Source: Pocillopora damicornis (lineage: Eukaryota). Taken from it: a stretch of 64,000 nucleotides of DNA. Of this stretch, positions 49,801 to 62,926 are shown piece by piece. Location of the stretch: contig NW_020846086.1 in assembly GCF_003704095.1 (NCBI RefSeq), positions 372,001-436,000 on the forward strand. The letters are read 5' to 3'. Below the pieces are notes generated by a model. It was not told the DNA's origin, ran no database searches, and worked only from the letters and a program-made list of their open reading frames with translations. Numbering within the stretch: position 1 is the first letter of the stretch; each line of letters begins with the position of its first letter. The position numbers and the translations under genes were made by a program.

Positions 49801-52800
49801 AAACAAGCGAGGGAAATAAACGAGAATAAAGTACGACATTGATTTTCTTCACTTGCGTACATTTACTATTTTTAGATTTGTTTGATATATTGCTAATGTT
49901 GCGGTTTTTTTGGCTACACTGTTCACAGACCTTCCGTTTTGTTAAGATTAGTGGCCACAGCGCAAGCGAAACAAGGATCACGATCTCTCTGCAATCCGCG
50001 CTCACTCTTGTGTGCTTGTTTCGTGCTTTCCCACTTGATTGCAAGAAAAAAAACAAAAAGCGGTTGGGGACAGACTAGTTTTAAGCACTCTGCACACGAG
50101 GGAGGGGATGAAGGAGTTTATTTAAAGTTATCTTGTTCATTTTTTTCTTTTTTTTTTGTACGTTACTAGGAAAAGTCCATTCAACACGATCATGTAACTT
50201 CGAATCAAATGAGGGAAGCTAAAGCCTTGATACTTAGACTAGAACAAGAGAAGAAGACAGCTATTCAGGACATGATGGACAACCTACAGACTGCGCTGCG
50301 GGAAAAAGACGAGGCTGTGAACAACGCAAGTGAAATGAGGAAAGTTCTGCAGGAGCGTGAGGCTCAAAACGAAGAAATGAAAAAAGAAAAAGACGAGTTC
50401 TTTCTCAAGATGGAGAAGCAACTCGAAGAGTCAGAAAAGAGAAGAGAAATTGCCGAGTTGAAGAAGGAGCGAGAAATTCAAGAGATGACTGCAAAATACG
50501 AGGCTGCTGCAGCTGCGGAGGAAAATGAGCGTAAATCAATGATGGAGAAGTTGAAGAGAGACAAGGCGGAGGTGGTGGCAGTCATGCAAAAGGACAAGAA
50601 CGAGAAGTTAGAGGAAATGTTAGTTGCCAAGGAAATGGAGTTACAGGAGGCTCTGACTAAGAAAACAAAGGAAGTGGAGTCGATCTTACATGCTAAAGAG
50701 GAAGAGATGAAGTTGAAGTACAATGAAAAGGTATTACAGAAGTACACGTACGCTAGACAAAATCCGGTGTACAAATTGTTTGGGGGGTAGGACTCGGCGG
50801 TTTGGTGGGAGGATCCTTAAGGTGTGCTATCCACCTTTTGAACGACAGCAACTTAATGCGTGCGTAATTGTAAAAGGATGCGGGAACATTTTCTACTCAT
50901 TGTAGAGGCAGATTTAAATTCACCTTTTCGTTTTGGCTGAGCAGGTCTTAGGTTCTTGATAGATGGCCACTTTCACACACTTTCTCCTCGGAAGACAAGT
51001 TAGCTGGGCCTAAAACATTTTGGTTAAGTAAGAGGGGTCTAGAGGGTAGAGCGGATCCCCCCTTCAAGAAAAAGGACTACTTGGCATGATGAATTAACTT
51101 GGCAGTCCCCAAAATAGCGAGACACTTACGTTACGTTACATCTCTCTCGATGGAAACTCGTGCCCAAGCCCCTGATTTGGTATGGCTCGTATTGGGCATG
51201 AATGACTATTGTTTGGTTGTTTTTAGGTGAAGGAGATCGAGATAGCAGTGGACGAGAAAGAGCTACAGAAAGAAGCCGCTTTGAAGAAGAAAGAGAAAGA
51301 ACTCCAAGCCTTGAGGGAACAAATGGAATCGCTGTCAGAAAATCTACAAAGTAAAACCTCTGAAGCTTCGCGTACTGGACAGGAACAAGCCAGTAAGATG
51401 TCTAACCTCTTGGCTGAGCTGCAGAAGACATCTGTTGAAAAGAGAGGCAAGAGAAGTTTAAAAATATTCTACATGTAACGGTCTCAATGTAAGACAAACG
51501 TTCACATGTGTCTGGTACATGTACCAGGTCCAACTTTAGTTCTAGTTGGTTATTTGCTGGGTACATGTATCTAGTTTTGAAAATTTATACGAAGTTTACG
51601 TGTGATCGAGACTTCCTGTTTATTTGCTGCGTTAGTGTTTTCTAGTGGCCAGGGTGTACATGTATTTATACATTTGCACTACACGTATTGAGGCCTTAAG
51701 TAGAAAGCACATTTGAGTGCCAACTTTGGCTTTAATAAGAGTTTAAATTTAAAGGGCATTTACACTGAAGGTGAGATAACGCAGGGTTCTAATAGGGAAA
51801 AGGTCATTAATCAGATTATTTACATTTTAATACTTTACGTAACGCACGTTAACATTCACTTTTTTTTTTCGTACAGTTCTCTCTCTTTTCCCTATTGGAT
51901 GAGGTGTGAAGTTAGACTTCTCCAACATAAAAAGTTATTGGTACCTTTTCTTCTGGGAAAAGAGGAGTTCTTAGGTTGTCAGTCATCATCTTTGTCATTG
52001 CTTTTTTAGATTTGGAGCAGAAGCTATCAGAGACTCAGCAGAAACTAGAACAAGAACAAGTGAGTGCTTTCTGATCGTTTCTGATTTTCAACAATCCTTA
52101 TGGTGCATCAAAGGACGATTAGGGGTCCTCTTATTGCCGTTTAAAATTGCTTGGAATTCTTCAAAATTCAACGGGTAAAAGGATTGCTATACCGGTTTGA
52201 AAATTTATTTTACCTGTCATGCTTAAAATAAGGGAGAACACTGCATACAGACACCTGGGGTACACAGCTCCGTTATAAGACATTGTCTATGAATAAGTGG
52301 TATTGACATACATGTATCTCAAGTCTAGAAGCAGGATCCCTCACCCGACCCCCCTTTGTCGTCTCATTTTCTGCTGAATACAGCCGGTGTAAACTGATAA
52401 ACTTTGTACTGTAATGAACGCGTGGGTAACCTAACCCCCCCNNNNNNNNNNNNNNNNNNNNNNNNNNNNNNNNTGCGGAAGCATTTGCGAACGATTTTCA
52501 ATTTCCCCCGAAAGCATTTTGTATTGAATAGATCCATCAATCTTACGTTTCCTTTTTTTGGTAGGCTAAGATCGCGGAGATGATCCAGCAACACAATAAT
52601 CTCCTTCAAGAAAAACAGGAAGAACATCAAAAAATGTTGGCCAAATTCAAGAAAATGCATCAAACGAAAATGGGTGAAATATCCGAGAATTCTAAGAAAG
52701 CCGAACAAAAAGTGGCTGAACTGGAGAAACAGCGAAAAGCCGAGGCTGAGAAACATGTGAAAGACTTGGAGGAGAAAGAGAGACAATTTGAGGCTGATAA

Positions 52801-55800
52801 GCAGTCAGAACTTGCTCGCGTCTCCAAACGAATGGAAAGTAAAACCAACGAGATGAAAAAGATTGTAAAGGAACTTAGGACAAAGCTCACTGAAAAAGAA
52901 AACCAAGCGAAGGAACTTGAGGAGAAAGTAAATATCATGCAACAGGAAACTGAGTCGGAAAAAAGTACGAGTGTAAATGACTTTGAGAAGAAAGTTGCCG
53001 ATGCTAACAAAATCGCCGAAGATTTACGCAAAGAACTACTGCAAAAAGATAGTACTGTTAGTGATCTGGAGAATAAAGTTAAAGAAACTGAAAGCAAGAA
53101 AGCAAACGAGGTGGAGGAGTTGACAAAAGACCGGGATAATCGTTTGAAAGAAAAAGAGAGAGAATTAGTCGACGTAAAAGGGAAGCTTACTGAAAAGGAA
53201 TATTACTCCAAGGAACTGGAAAAGCAACTTCTCGAAATGAAAACCGAGAAGGATCATGAGATTGAGGCTGTCAAGCAAAAGGCGATGGTGACAATTAGAG
53301 AACTAGAGACAGCATTTAATAATAAAAGAGAGGAAGAACTAAAGGTTTTAAGTTCGGAGAAGGAGAAAGAAAACGTGGCAGTTAAAGAGGTGGAAAGTAA
53401 AAAGAACGAGCTTGAAAAAATGAACAAAGAGTTCGAGGAGAAGTTAAAGGCTTCCGCAGAGAACGAAAATAAACTCAAGGAAGAATTGGCCGGATTAAAC
53501 CAGAAGTATAGAACTCAATTTGAAAATTTCAAACAGAAATATCAAACTGACGTTCAAAAGTACAAAGAACAGTTGCTCCTTGCCGAAGAGAAAAGTCTTC
53601 AGAGTGCCTCAGAAAGCAAGAATAGTCACGAGAAAACGGTCTCGAGTTTGAAAGAGGAACACGAGAAAAGTATTCAGAAACTTCAAGAGGAGAAATTGCT
53701 TATTGAAGAGAAATGGAAACTTGAGTTAGAAAAGGTTCGCGGAGATTTCAGTGGCAAAGCAGCTTCGAGTGAGAAATCTCTCAACGATAAAAATTCCGAA
53801 ATTGCTGAATTGAATAACAAGATTCAGAGTTTAACTGGCCAAATGAATGAACAAAGAGAGCAATCCCAGCGAAATATTGATGAACTTAGTCAAAGTATAA
53901 CACTGCGAGATGAAAAGATTGGGAAACTGAAAGAAACTTTGAAACTTGAACAGGAGGCGCTCAAAACACAGAAGAAGCAACACGACGAGAAGATGAAACT
54001 GAAAGAAAAGGAAGTGAAGGAATTGGTCAATAAAATGGAAAAGGAATTCCACGACCAGCTACTTGAAAAAGAGAACGCTACCAGGGAGAAACTGTACGAA
54101 ATTGCTCAGCATCATGATATGGGTGTCAAAGATGTAACAGCGAATTTAGAAAATATGAGGAAAGAAGAACTAACGAAGCTCGAGGAGCGACATCAGGCGG
54201 AAATATCTGAACTGAACTTGGGCTGGGAGAACAAAGTCGTGAGTATACGCAGAGAAAACGAGGAGACTATGGAGAAATTTCTGAGCGAAGCGCGGGAAAA
54301 GGAAGAGAATATGACAAAAGAGAATATCAACTTGAGGAACGAAATTGCTAAGCGAGAGAAAATACATCAAGCGAAGACGGAAGAGTTGCAAGCCAAAGCG
54401 AACAGTGTTTCAGAAGAGAAGGAGTCCGCCATGGAGAAGGTAAGAGAATTGGCCGAAGAGAACAAACGTTTTAGACAGCAAATCGAGAATCTTAACGTGG
54501 AAATGGAAAGTAGGATAAGCGAAATGACTGAAAGTCATAAACGCGACGTCGAGGACATTAAGAATCAGTCTTTAAAGAATGTTGAGGAACTCGCTCAACA
54601 ACAGACAAACGCTTTAGCGAATCGCGAAAGTGAATTTGAAAATGCCAAGATGGAGACGGAGGGGCGGTTGAACGAAGCAATGGAAAGGCACCGATCAGAA
54701 ATCGCGGAGATGCGGGATAGTTATCAAGCGAAGCTGCAGGAAGTCACCAACACTTACCAACAGGACCTGGCGCAAATCAAGCAGATTTACGAGAAGCAGA
54801 ACGTTGAAATGGAGAAACTTAAAAAATACCACGAAATTGAACTGAACGAACTTCGGAAAGGACATTCCAAGACGATGGAGGGACTGCTGAAAACCGGCGA
54901 GGAAGATAAGAATAAATTCGCTGATCGAGAACGGGCACACCTCGAGGAAGTGGAAAGATTAAAATCCAGGATAGAAGAAGTCGAGATTGAGAAATCGAAA
55001 CAAGTGGAGGAGTTAACACGATCGGGAGAACAAAGAGCGCAGAAGTTTGCTACCGAGGAAGCAAACTTGAGAGAGCAGTTCGAGCTTCTTAAGGTTAAGA
55101 TATCCGATGCAGAGACCCAGCATTGTAGCAAAATGGAAGAGCTGCGCAAGTATGCTGAAGAGAATGAAAAGAAATTCGGCTTCGAGGAAACCAAGCTAAG
55201 AGAGCAAATCGATGCACTGAGTAAAGCTGCTGAAGAGAATAAAGCGGTCTTTGAAATTGAGGAGCGAAAGTTGAAAGAGCAAATTCAAGTGCTGGAAAAA
55301 AAGTTGGGCGAAACTGAAACAGTGAATACGATTAAAATGGACGAACTAAGATTGTCCGCAGAGCAAATAAAGACAGCGTTTGATCACGAGGAGAAAAAGC
55401 TGATCGAAGAAATTGATACCTTAAAGAGAACTTACAAACAACAGGCAGAGGAGATACGCAGGTTATCGGAGGAATATGAAGCCAAGTCTGTATTGGAGGA
55501 TAAACTTAAAAAAGAAATTGAACAAGTAAGGGAAAGTCACAAGAAAGAAATCGAGGCTTTGAAGCAGACAGCCAACGAAGCAAAGACAAAACATAGTGAT
55601 GTAGAGAGTAAATTAAACGAGGAATTGAACAACTTGAAGAAGGAGCGTGCTAAAAAAGAAAAAGAACTTCAAGAGGGTAAAGCTAAGTTGTTAGAACAAG
55701 GAAAACGAATGAAGGCCGAGTTAGAGAAAGTTGAAACAGAAGTGAAGCAAACTTCGGAGGCGACGACTACGAATTTGCAGAAGAAACTGGATCAAACGAA

Positions 55801-57738
55801 AAAGGAAAGAGAACAAGAAGTTCAGTTGTTGAATACAAAATGGAAAGGGAAATGCGATGAGATCAACCAGCGTTACTCAACTCAGATACAAAACCTGCTG
55901 AAGCAACAGGAAGAAGATAAGAAGACTTTGACTGAAGAGCATACAAAAGCGATGGAGGAATTAACAAATAAAAACAAAGAGGAACGTCTTGAATCGGAGG
56001 AAAGGGCAAAGAACCAGTTGAGCGAAGCACAGAACACTGCATCGGAGCTGCAGTTCAAGATCAAAAAAGCAAAGGAAAAAATCAAAAGTATGAATGCAAA
56101 ACATGAGCAAGAGTTAAACGAAGTGCGGGAAAGTCAAGAGAAAACTGATCAGGAGGTCAAAACTCTGCACGAGACGGTGTCCTCTTTGAAAAGAGAAATG
56201 GCCAAAAAGGAGGAAAGCTACGAAAACAAACTAAGAGAGAATGAAAAACGCCAGGAAGAGCTGCAACTAAAGATTGTGACCGGAGAAAGTAACAATAAGG
56301 CTATCGACGAGAAGTTGGCAGAACTGAGTCGCGAAAAGCAGGAGGCTCAAGATGCTGTTGCGACAAAGGAAGCCGAGTGGCGGCATCGAGTGCAGACACT
56401 TGAGGCTGAAATGGGGAAGAAGACGCACAATTTTGAATCCAAACTGAAAGCGCAAGAGAAAGAACAACACGAAAAGCTCAAGGAAATCGAAGACGCCAAG
56501 GAACAGCAGTTGGCACAGCAAGCGGAGGAACTGACTGAACAGTATAGAAACAAGTTGACTGAAATGAAGAAGAAAGCAGAGAGCAAAATTGCCGGCTTGA
56601 GGAAACAGCTCAGTGCACAAGCTGTAGAAAAAGAGACTGCCATCTCCAATGTGATGGAGTCGCTGCACTCATCAGAAAGCAAAATCAAGGATCTCGAGTT
56701 GAAGCATCAGGAGGAGATGGAGGGCTTAAAGAAACTTCATCAGGAAGAGTTAGAATCGAAACTCCAGGAATTACGCCAGGCAAAAGAAACTGAAGGTGAA
56801 AGTCGCGAAAAAGAGTTGCAAGGAAGACTTGACAAACTAGATGCCTCTAACAAAGAGCTGTCAGAAAACATTGAGAATCTTCTTGTTGAGAAAATGGATG
56901 CTCTTCAGGAGCAGGAATCGGTACTGAAGGAAGAACATGAATTGGAGATGGAGAATCTGCGGCAAGAACATGCCAGTGAGTTGGAAAAGTGCGAGAAGAA
57001 ATGCAAAGCTAAATTGAGCGAAAAAGAGTTGGACTATAATTCGAAAATCAAACAACTTTTGAGAGAGTTTCAGATTAAATATAGCGAGAAAGAAAGAGAG
57101 CAACAAGAAATGTTGGGGCAAGTGATAGAGAAAGGACAGAGAGAGGAACAGAAGTTAATCGATGAGTATAAAACTGAAATCATAGAATATCAGCGAGAAC
57201 TTAAACTGCGAGAGGAGGAAATGTTAGCTTTGAAAACAACCGTGGAGGAGCAGCTGGCGCAAAAAGACAGTGAAATTACAGAACTAAACAGAACTCATTC
57301 CGAAGCGTTGCAAAACGTCGAGAGGGAACATCATGAAACGATACAAGAGATGGTTCGAAAGAATGAAGCCGACATGGAAAAGCTTCACGAGGAGAATCGA
57401 GGCAAACTTGAAGAGTTACACAATCGCCATAAGAACGAGCTGGAAACGCACGCCAGGGATCGCAAATCTGAAGTGGCCGCCGTCGAGAAGAAGTTCAAGA
57501 CGCAAATGAAAAAAAACCAGAACGAAATGAAGAAGTTATTAAATCAAAAAGAGTCATTTATTCAAGCACAGAGTGTGAGTTTGACCGATGCTGAACCCGG
57601 ACAGCTACAGAGAGCAGGGTCATCTTCGTCCCTCAATAGTGTAAGTCAGGGGAATGCACGAAGAGATCACAGGAAGAGACCGGGAGCCTCTGATATTCAC
57701 TATTAAGTTTTTGAGCAACAAGTACTTCTGTTTACTAC

Positions 57739-57802
<64 letters not shown>

Positions 57803-60800
57803 ACTTTTCTGACGTTGCACTGTATTTTTTTGACAAGTCACCATTCAACATGACTGCATTTACAATTTCCACTGTTTCTTTAGTCCTAAGGAGTGTCATA
57901 TTTGTGGGATCATTTATGTTGTTCATAGTTGTTTTTTTTATTCATATTTGATCATTTTCTTTTGTCATATTAATCACAGCTATGAGGCATATATTATTAA
58001 CAACACTTGTCCATTTTTAATAATATTTACCGCCTAACTCTAACTTACTGAATGTCTTTTCATTTGTTCACCTCTCTCCATCTTCCACTGCTTTACTACG
58101 CCCCTTAGCTACGATACCCAAGTGACGCTACTGTGTGTTATTTTATGTACGTGACATAACTTGACATATTTTATCAAAGGCCACCCCCCATCTCACATCC
58201 ATCATCGATATTTGTTTGTGAAGCTTTTGTGACATCTCATTATCCACTTTATGTTCAACATTCGCTTAAGAACAAGCAAGACACAAACGTTATAAAAGCA
58301 TCGCACTTACAGTCGCTTTAATACAGTTGCTTTACGTATCTTAGCAATGGCCCAAACAGATTTGGCATAAATGCGATTGTCAGCTTTTTTCTCCTCCGAT
58401 TTACTCATTCTTACTATTTCCTAAATGAAATCAGGAAACGCACTTTTTCTCTCACTGATGTTTCTGTTTCCTCTAGGAACCTATTGCGGAGGATCCAAGT
58501 CAAACAGCGCTGAAGGTTTGTTTGATGTTTTGTACGCAATTTATCAGACATGTGAGCTTGATAGTTGAAAAATATAGCTGCGGTATTATTATGGAGATCT
58601 TCCCACTCATTTCGCTCGATTCTCAAAAGTAGTGAGCGCTGTGTTTCCTCAGCTGTAATAATTATTTGAAGGTTGCTATCCATGATCTAAAGTTGTATTG
58701 AGAGATTGGATTGCTTCAGATTTTTGCACGAAGTAGACTCTTATCTCGGTCTTTTTAGGAACAAATTACGCGGTTGAGAACAGAAGTCAGTGGCTTGAAG
58801 GAGAGAGAGGAATCTCTGAAATCACAGGTCAGTCCTGGAGCGTTTGTTACATAGTAATGTTTGTGCAGTAATACAACGATCGTGGACAGACACCTTATTG
58901 GTTGTTGTTGGTTTTTTTTTCGATTTAACAATAAAAAGAGTGATTATTATATTTACTGTCACAGATTGAACAACTCAGTGGATCTCCACTACAAGGCAGA
59001 AATCGTCCCGCGCAACTGAACCTGGTGTCCAATCCTCTGTTGGATAGCCCTGTTATGTTAGATCCAGGCCCTCCGCAGTCGCCCGTGGAACCCACGGAGT
59101 TCGAGGTTGGCGCACGAGGCTTTTTTTCGCTCTCTCTCTTTTTCTTCTTTGAGCATAATGTTGGTGTAACAAACTTTCTTGTTCATTTTATGTTTTCACT
59201 TCCGCAGTATCTTCGAAATATATTATACGAATACATGATGGGCCGTGAACGAAAGGTGAGANNNNNNNNNNNNNNNNNNNNNNNNNNNNNNNNNNNNNNN
59301 NNNNNNNNNNNNNNNNNNNNNNNNNNNNNNNNNNNNNNNNNNNNNNNNNNNNNNNNNNNNNGAGGTTATGTTTGCGGGCAGAAGTACACATGTAGTTTAT
59401 TAGCTTTGAAATTTCAGCTGTTACTCTAAATTTTGGTGTAGAGTTCATGAATTTCAATATGTAAAAAGTTGTCAAAGTCGTTTCCTAAACATATGTTGCC
59501 TTAAACTTAAATTGTCAAGTTATTATCGAGGCTTCTTTTCACTAGTGAATATTTAATCCGTGCAAACTGCTGGCGGTTTGCATCTGATTTAGTTTTTAAT
59601 TTGATAAAGGGAGATAACTACTTATACTACAGAAAACGTTTTCGTTCATGTCAAGTGTTTACTTCGTCGGAATTAGACAATTACTCTAAGTATTCGTCAT
59701 ATTTAAAGCAATAACCATTGCCTTTCATGTCTAAGTTTCTTCAATTAAGATTCATTTACCAAAACGTTCATGAAAAATAAAAAAAATAATACTGGATGCG
59801 CAATAAGGAAGAGTTGTTACCTACTTTTCTGTACTATTTACAAAAAAGGATGATAAATGGAGAAAACTGTATAGTGAGAAAATCGCATTTCATAGAAGTA
59901 ATCTATTCATTCCCTAAAGGCTGCATAAACGCTTTTAAATTCGAGTTGAAATTGTGATTTGTACTCTAAATCTTAGATATCAAGCTTGTCGCCGTTAAAA
60001 ATTAGTGTCAAATGGGAAGTTGTGTGTAAAGCGTTTGAACAAAAACAAAACAAACGTCCGTGAAGCATGTGTTTCGTGTGCGTCAACAAAAACACCCACT
60101 TTGTGTAACGAAGATTTTACGCATCGGTCCCGTCTTTGTGGATGTAACAAGTGTGTCACACAATGTACGTCACTAACACCCGAGTTCATGTCACATACGT
60201 TGGTTGACTTATTGTTTTGCCCTTTCCAGGGTGGCTTCCTATCGCCCTTTAGGGCGTGACGTTCAGTCTTGTCACGCAACAACATCAAGATGCCTTTGAG
60301 TAAGCATCACAAAATGTACACTTGTTATCAGAACTTGTAGCGAACAGCATGTCAATCATTTATTAATTTCCACCCTATGTTAATGTTCATTTATTTTTCT
60401 TTTCGCATTTGCCGTTGTAAGACAGAGTTTTCGAAGCAAACGTTTCGCCAGTTCTCACAGGTCATGTACAGTATAGCTAGGTTATTGTGCGGTCGGGTTT
60501 TCTATCAATCGCGTGAAAATATCTATTTACTCACTTGTGATAACAACTGGGTAGTCTTAGCTTTTTCCTTATCTCCTATGTTTAATTGAGCCGGTAGTTT
60601 TTAGTATCAGCGGTGCCGTTCATGTCGTGCGACCATGTCATGACAGTCTTTTTTTCTTGTTAGTGACTTCCCTTTTCTCGAGCTATATATGTTTGAGATA
60701 GTAGCGTGAATCTTCACATTTAGCTTCAGACTTAAGGTAATATCGACAGCAGTGACAAGAAAAGGAAACGGTATATGGAGTAGAAGAGAAGGGTTATTTT

Positions 60801-61055
60801 TAGCATTGAGGTGTTTTACTGTTTATCCAGTTTCAAGTGCAAGTTACGTTTGTAAATCTGATTAATTTTTATATGAGTGAGCTCGTTTTATGGACAGCGT
60901 GATGTAAAAGATCGTTCTCAACGTAATGAAGACTGAGTCATTCAATCATTCAGAAAACGACATTAACTGTTTGACGTTACCGCAAAATCAGACCTCTCTT
61001 TAAATTTTGTTTTTCATTTTTCTTTCAGGTGAAAACAAAGTCGTCGTGGTATTAA
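43823..61055 (+). CDS. GOLGA4: Golgin subfamily A member 4 (golgin-245/p230), long coiled coil with C-terminal GRIP domain; multi-exon
   Basis: Starts MFKKLKQKLAEE; contains conserved SQDKALRRISEMKE...QAKMHLEE...LQTQVQLLK; GRIP start EPTEFEYLRNILYEYMMGRERK. Exons read: 43823-43900, 44044-44247, 44720-45049, 47317-47364, 47634-47690, 48229-48327, 48581-48647, 49014-49063, 49774-49830, 50170-50730, 51227-51446, 52010-52059, 52565-57640 (or -57574), 58477-58515, 58759-58827, 58965-59105, 59208-59255, [one exon probably in the gap 59262-59361], 61029-61055 (VKTKSSWY*, less certain). Confidence 0.93.
44604..44703. other. Assembly gap
   Basis: Run of N. Confidence 1.
48726..48912 (+). mobile_element. 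Degenerate tRNA-derived SINE-like element in a GOLGA4 intron
   Basis: A-box-like ACTGCAGTGG and B-box-like GGGTTTGATTCC (~48799), followed by GTGGGTTG ... CCAAATTCCAA; this is the layout of tRNA-headed SINEs. Confidence 0.5.
49915..50078. mobile_element. Short TIR element in a GOLGA4 intron
   Basis: TACACTGTTCACAGACC ... GCGGTTGGGGACAGACTA, imperfect inverted ends. Confidence 0.4.
52442..52473. other. Assembly gap
   Basis: Run of N. Confidence 1.
52565..57640 (+). CDS. GOLGA4: Giant ~5.08 kb coiled-coil exon of GOLGA4
   Basis: Acceptor TAG at 52562-52564; uninterrupted E/K/Q-rich heptad ORF; phase-0 donors GTGAGT at 57575 and GTAAGT at 57641. Confidence 0.92.
57739..57801 (+). repeat. (AAC)n microsatellite with ATC interruptions
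   Basis: About 20 AAC units directly visible, just downstream of the giant GOLGA4 exon. Confidence 0.95.
59262..59361. other. Assembly gap (probably hides a GOLGA4 GRIP exon)
   Basis: Run of N directly after the YMMGRERK exon. Confidence 1.
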
Positions 61056-62926
61056 CGATAGCGAGGCTGTTAGCCTTTTAGTTAAAGTATATATTGAAGA
61101 AGCATTGCTTTCTAGTTTTATTGATTAGAAATGTTTTTAATTTTGAACAGTGAACAGGCCCTTTTCTAAAATTGCGACTGAAGCCCAAAAGTTATAATCA
61201 GAAAACACATTCTCACCGCAACAATAATGCCCACCATAATAGATTTTACAATTTTCATTTACGTACAATTCCAATTATTGAGAAAGTGTCAATATGGCGT
61301 TTTCCGTATTACAATGCGTTCGTATTGTTGGGGATGTGGTTTCTTCTTCAGGTCTATATGTTCTCGGCTTATTAAAGAGTTATCAAATGAAATGTGCAAT
61401 ATTACTGAATTCAGGGTGCTTACTTTTGGACTTAAATTCCAGAACAATAGTATTGATAGTTAGCCGCCAATTTTGAGAAGGTCTGTTCAGGTTTGGACAC
61501 AGAACTATCCTTTTCTTTCTGACGTTATTCTGTGTAACCTACAAACATGGTTTTGATTGAGCCATATTGGTATTATAAAGATTCACAAGATTTTGTGGTC
61601 TTAGTATGTAAATAATAAAGTAACTTAAATTATCTCGATGGTGAGTAATGATGTTTAACACGATTTCTTGAACTTTGTTTAAGAAGCTTGCTTGTGCAGG
61701 TACCGCTAGAAATTTAAAGCGGTAAAAGAGAAAAATTTCCTTTTGTGTTTTTCGTTTTGTTATGTTAGTTACTGACAAAAAAACCGACCGAGTAATTCAT
61801 ACTAACCATAACCTAACAAGCGCATCAGTCAATTCAACTTCCTCTTGAGAAGGGTAAAAGGGAGTAAGATTAGTAAGAAAGATTTAACGTGGCTGTTATC
61901 GTTTGACATCCTTCATTAATAAAGACTATTCTTGCCGCAATTCTGCGAGCTTATGGACTATCTGAGTGATCCCACAAGTCCATTCGCACTAAACTAGTAT
62001 TCAGTCCTCCTAGTTTCAGGAACCGGAAATTGGATAGAAAATATTTCATTGTTGATTTTAGAGAAATAGATTTTCACCAATTTCGTCAACGGAATCGGTG
62101 AACTCAAACATTGTACTTACTTTTGGGGTTTACGCCTTACTATTTCGGTTCGCCCAAATTCTTATCCGTAACTTTGATTCGTTGATAAGTAGGTGGCGTC
62201 AACTTATCCGTATTTCTCCATACCAATTTAGACTTATCTCGCCAGACCCTTTGTTGAAGGCATCAATAGGGTAGAATATAACAACTTCATTGGTTTACTC
62301 TCTATCAAGATACATGTACCGTTGGAGATTATTCTGTGTATTGTTACGCAACTACGGCAGCAGCCTTACTCTTCACGCAATGATAAACGGGTTTACGTGT
62401 TACAACTGTTCTCTTATTAGGGGGAGTGGAGGGGGGGATGGTTTGTCAGGACTTGCATCGACATCTTTGAAAAATTTTCGCATCACGAAGTAGCATAACT
62501 AGCCCTGGGTAATTATCGGTTTCCTAATCTCATGGCCTCATTTTTATCCTGTGGCAATTTTTCTGATAAGGATAATGGGTCTCAATAAAGTGAAGAAACC
62601 CTTTTTTATGTCTTGTTTGGTTGGTTATGATTACATTTTAATTTATCTTTTTATCTCTTTCTGTTCATTTATTCATTACTACCTTATTTTGATCAGACTC
62701 CGCATTAGGGTTTAGTCCTGGCAGAAACCGCATATATGAGCGTTTTTGCGCAACAAGGGCATCTGGAAGCAAGAGCAGTTGGATTTACCGACAATTTTCA
62801 CTACAAAATGTTTGGTAATTGACGAATGTGGCCACGTAAGAGGATGTTACCTAAGTGATCCTGCTCGTAGACAATTTTGCACGAAACTTTTGTTAAAGGT
62901 CTTCTTGACATGTGCGTAAATGTAGG

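Noticed and set aside
49920-50078. Possible extra GOLGA4 exon after CAG at 49926-49928
   Set aside because: The translation is not coiled-coil-like, there is no clear donor, and the segment has MITE-like inverted ends.
52660-57121. Many antisense S/F/L-rich ORFs opposite the giant GOLGA4 exon
   Set aside because: These are mirror frames of an E/K/Q-rich coding strand; there is no independent evidence for them.
57620-57844. Poly-valine ORF on the minus strand
   Set aside because: Artefact of the (AAC)n microsatellite.
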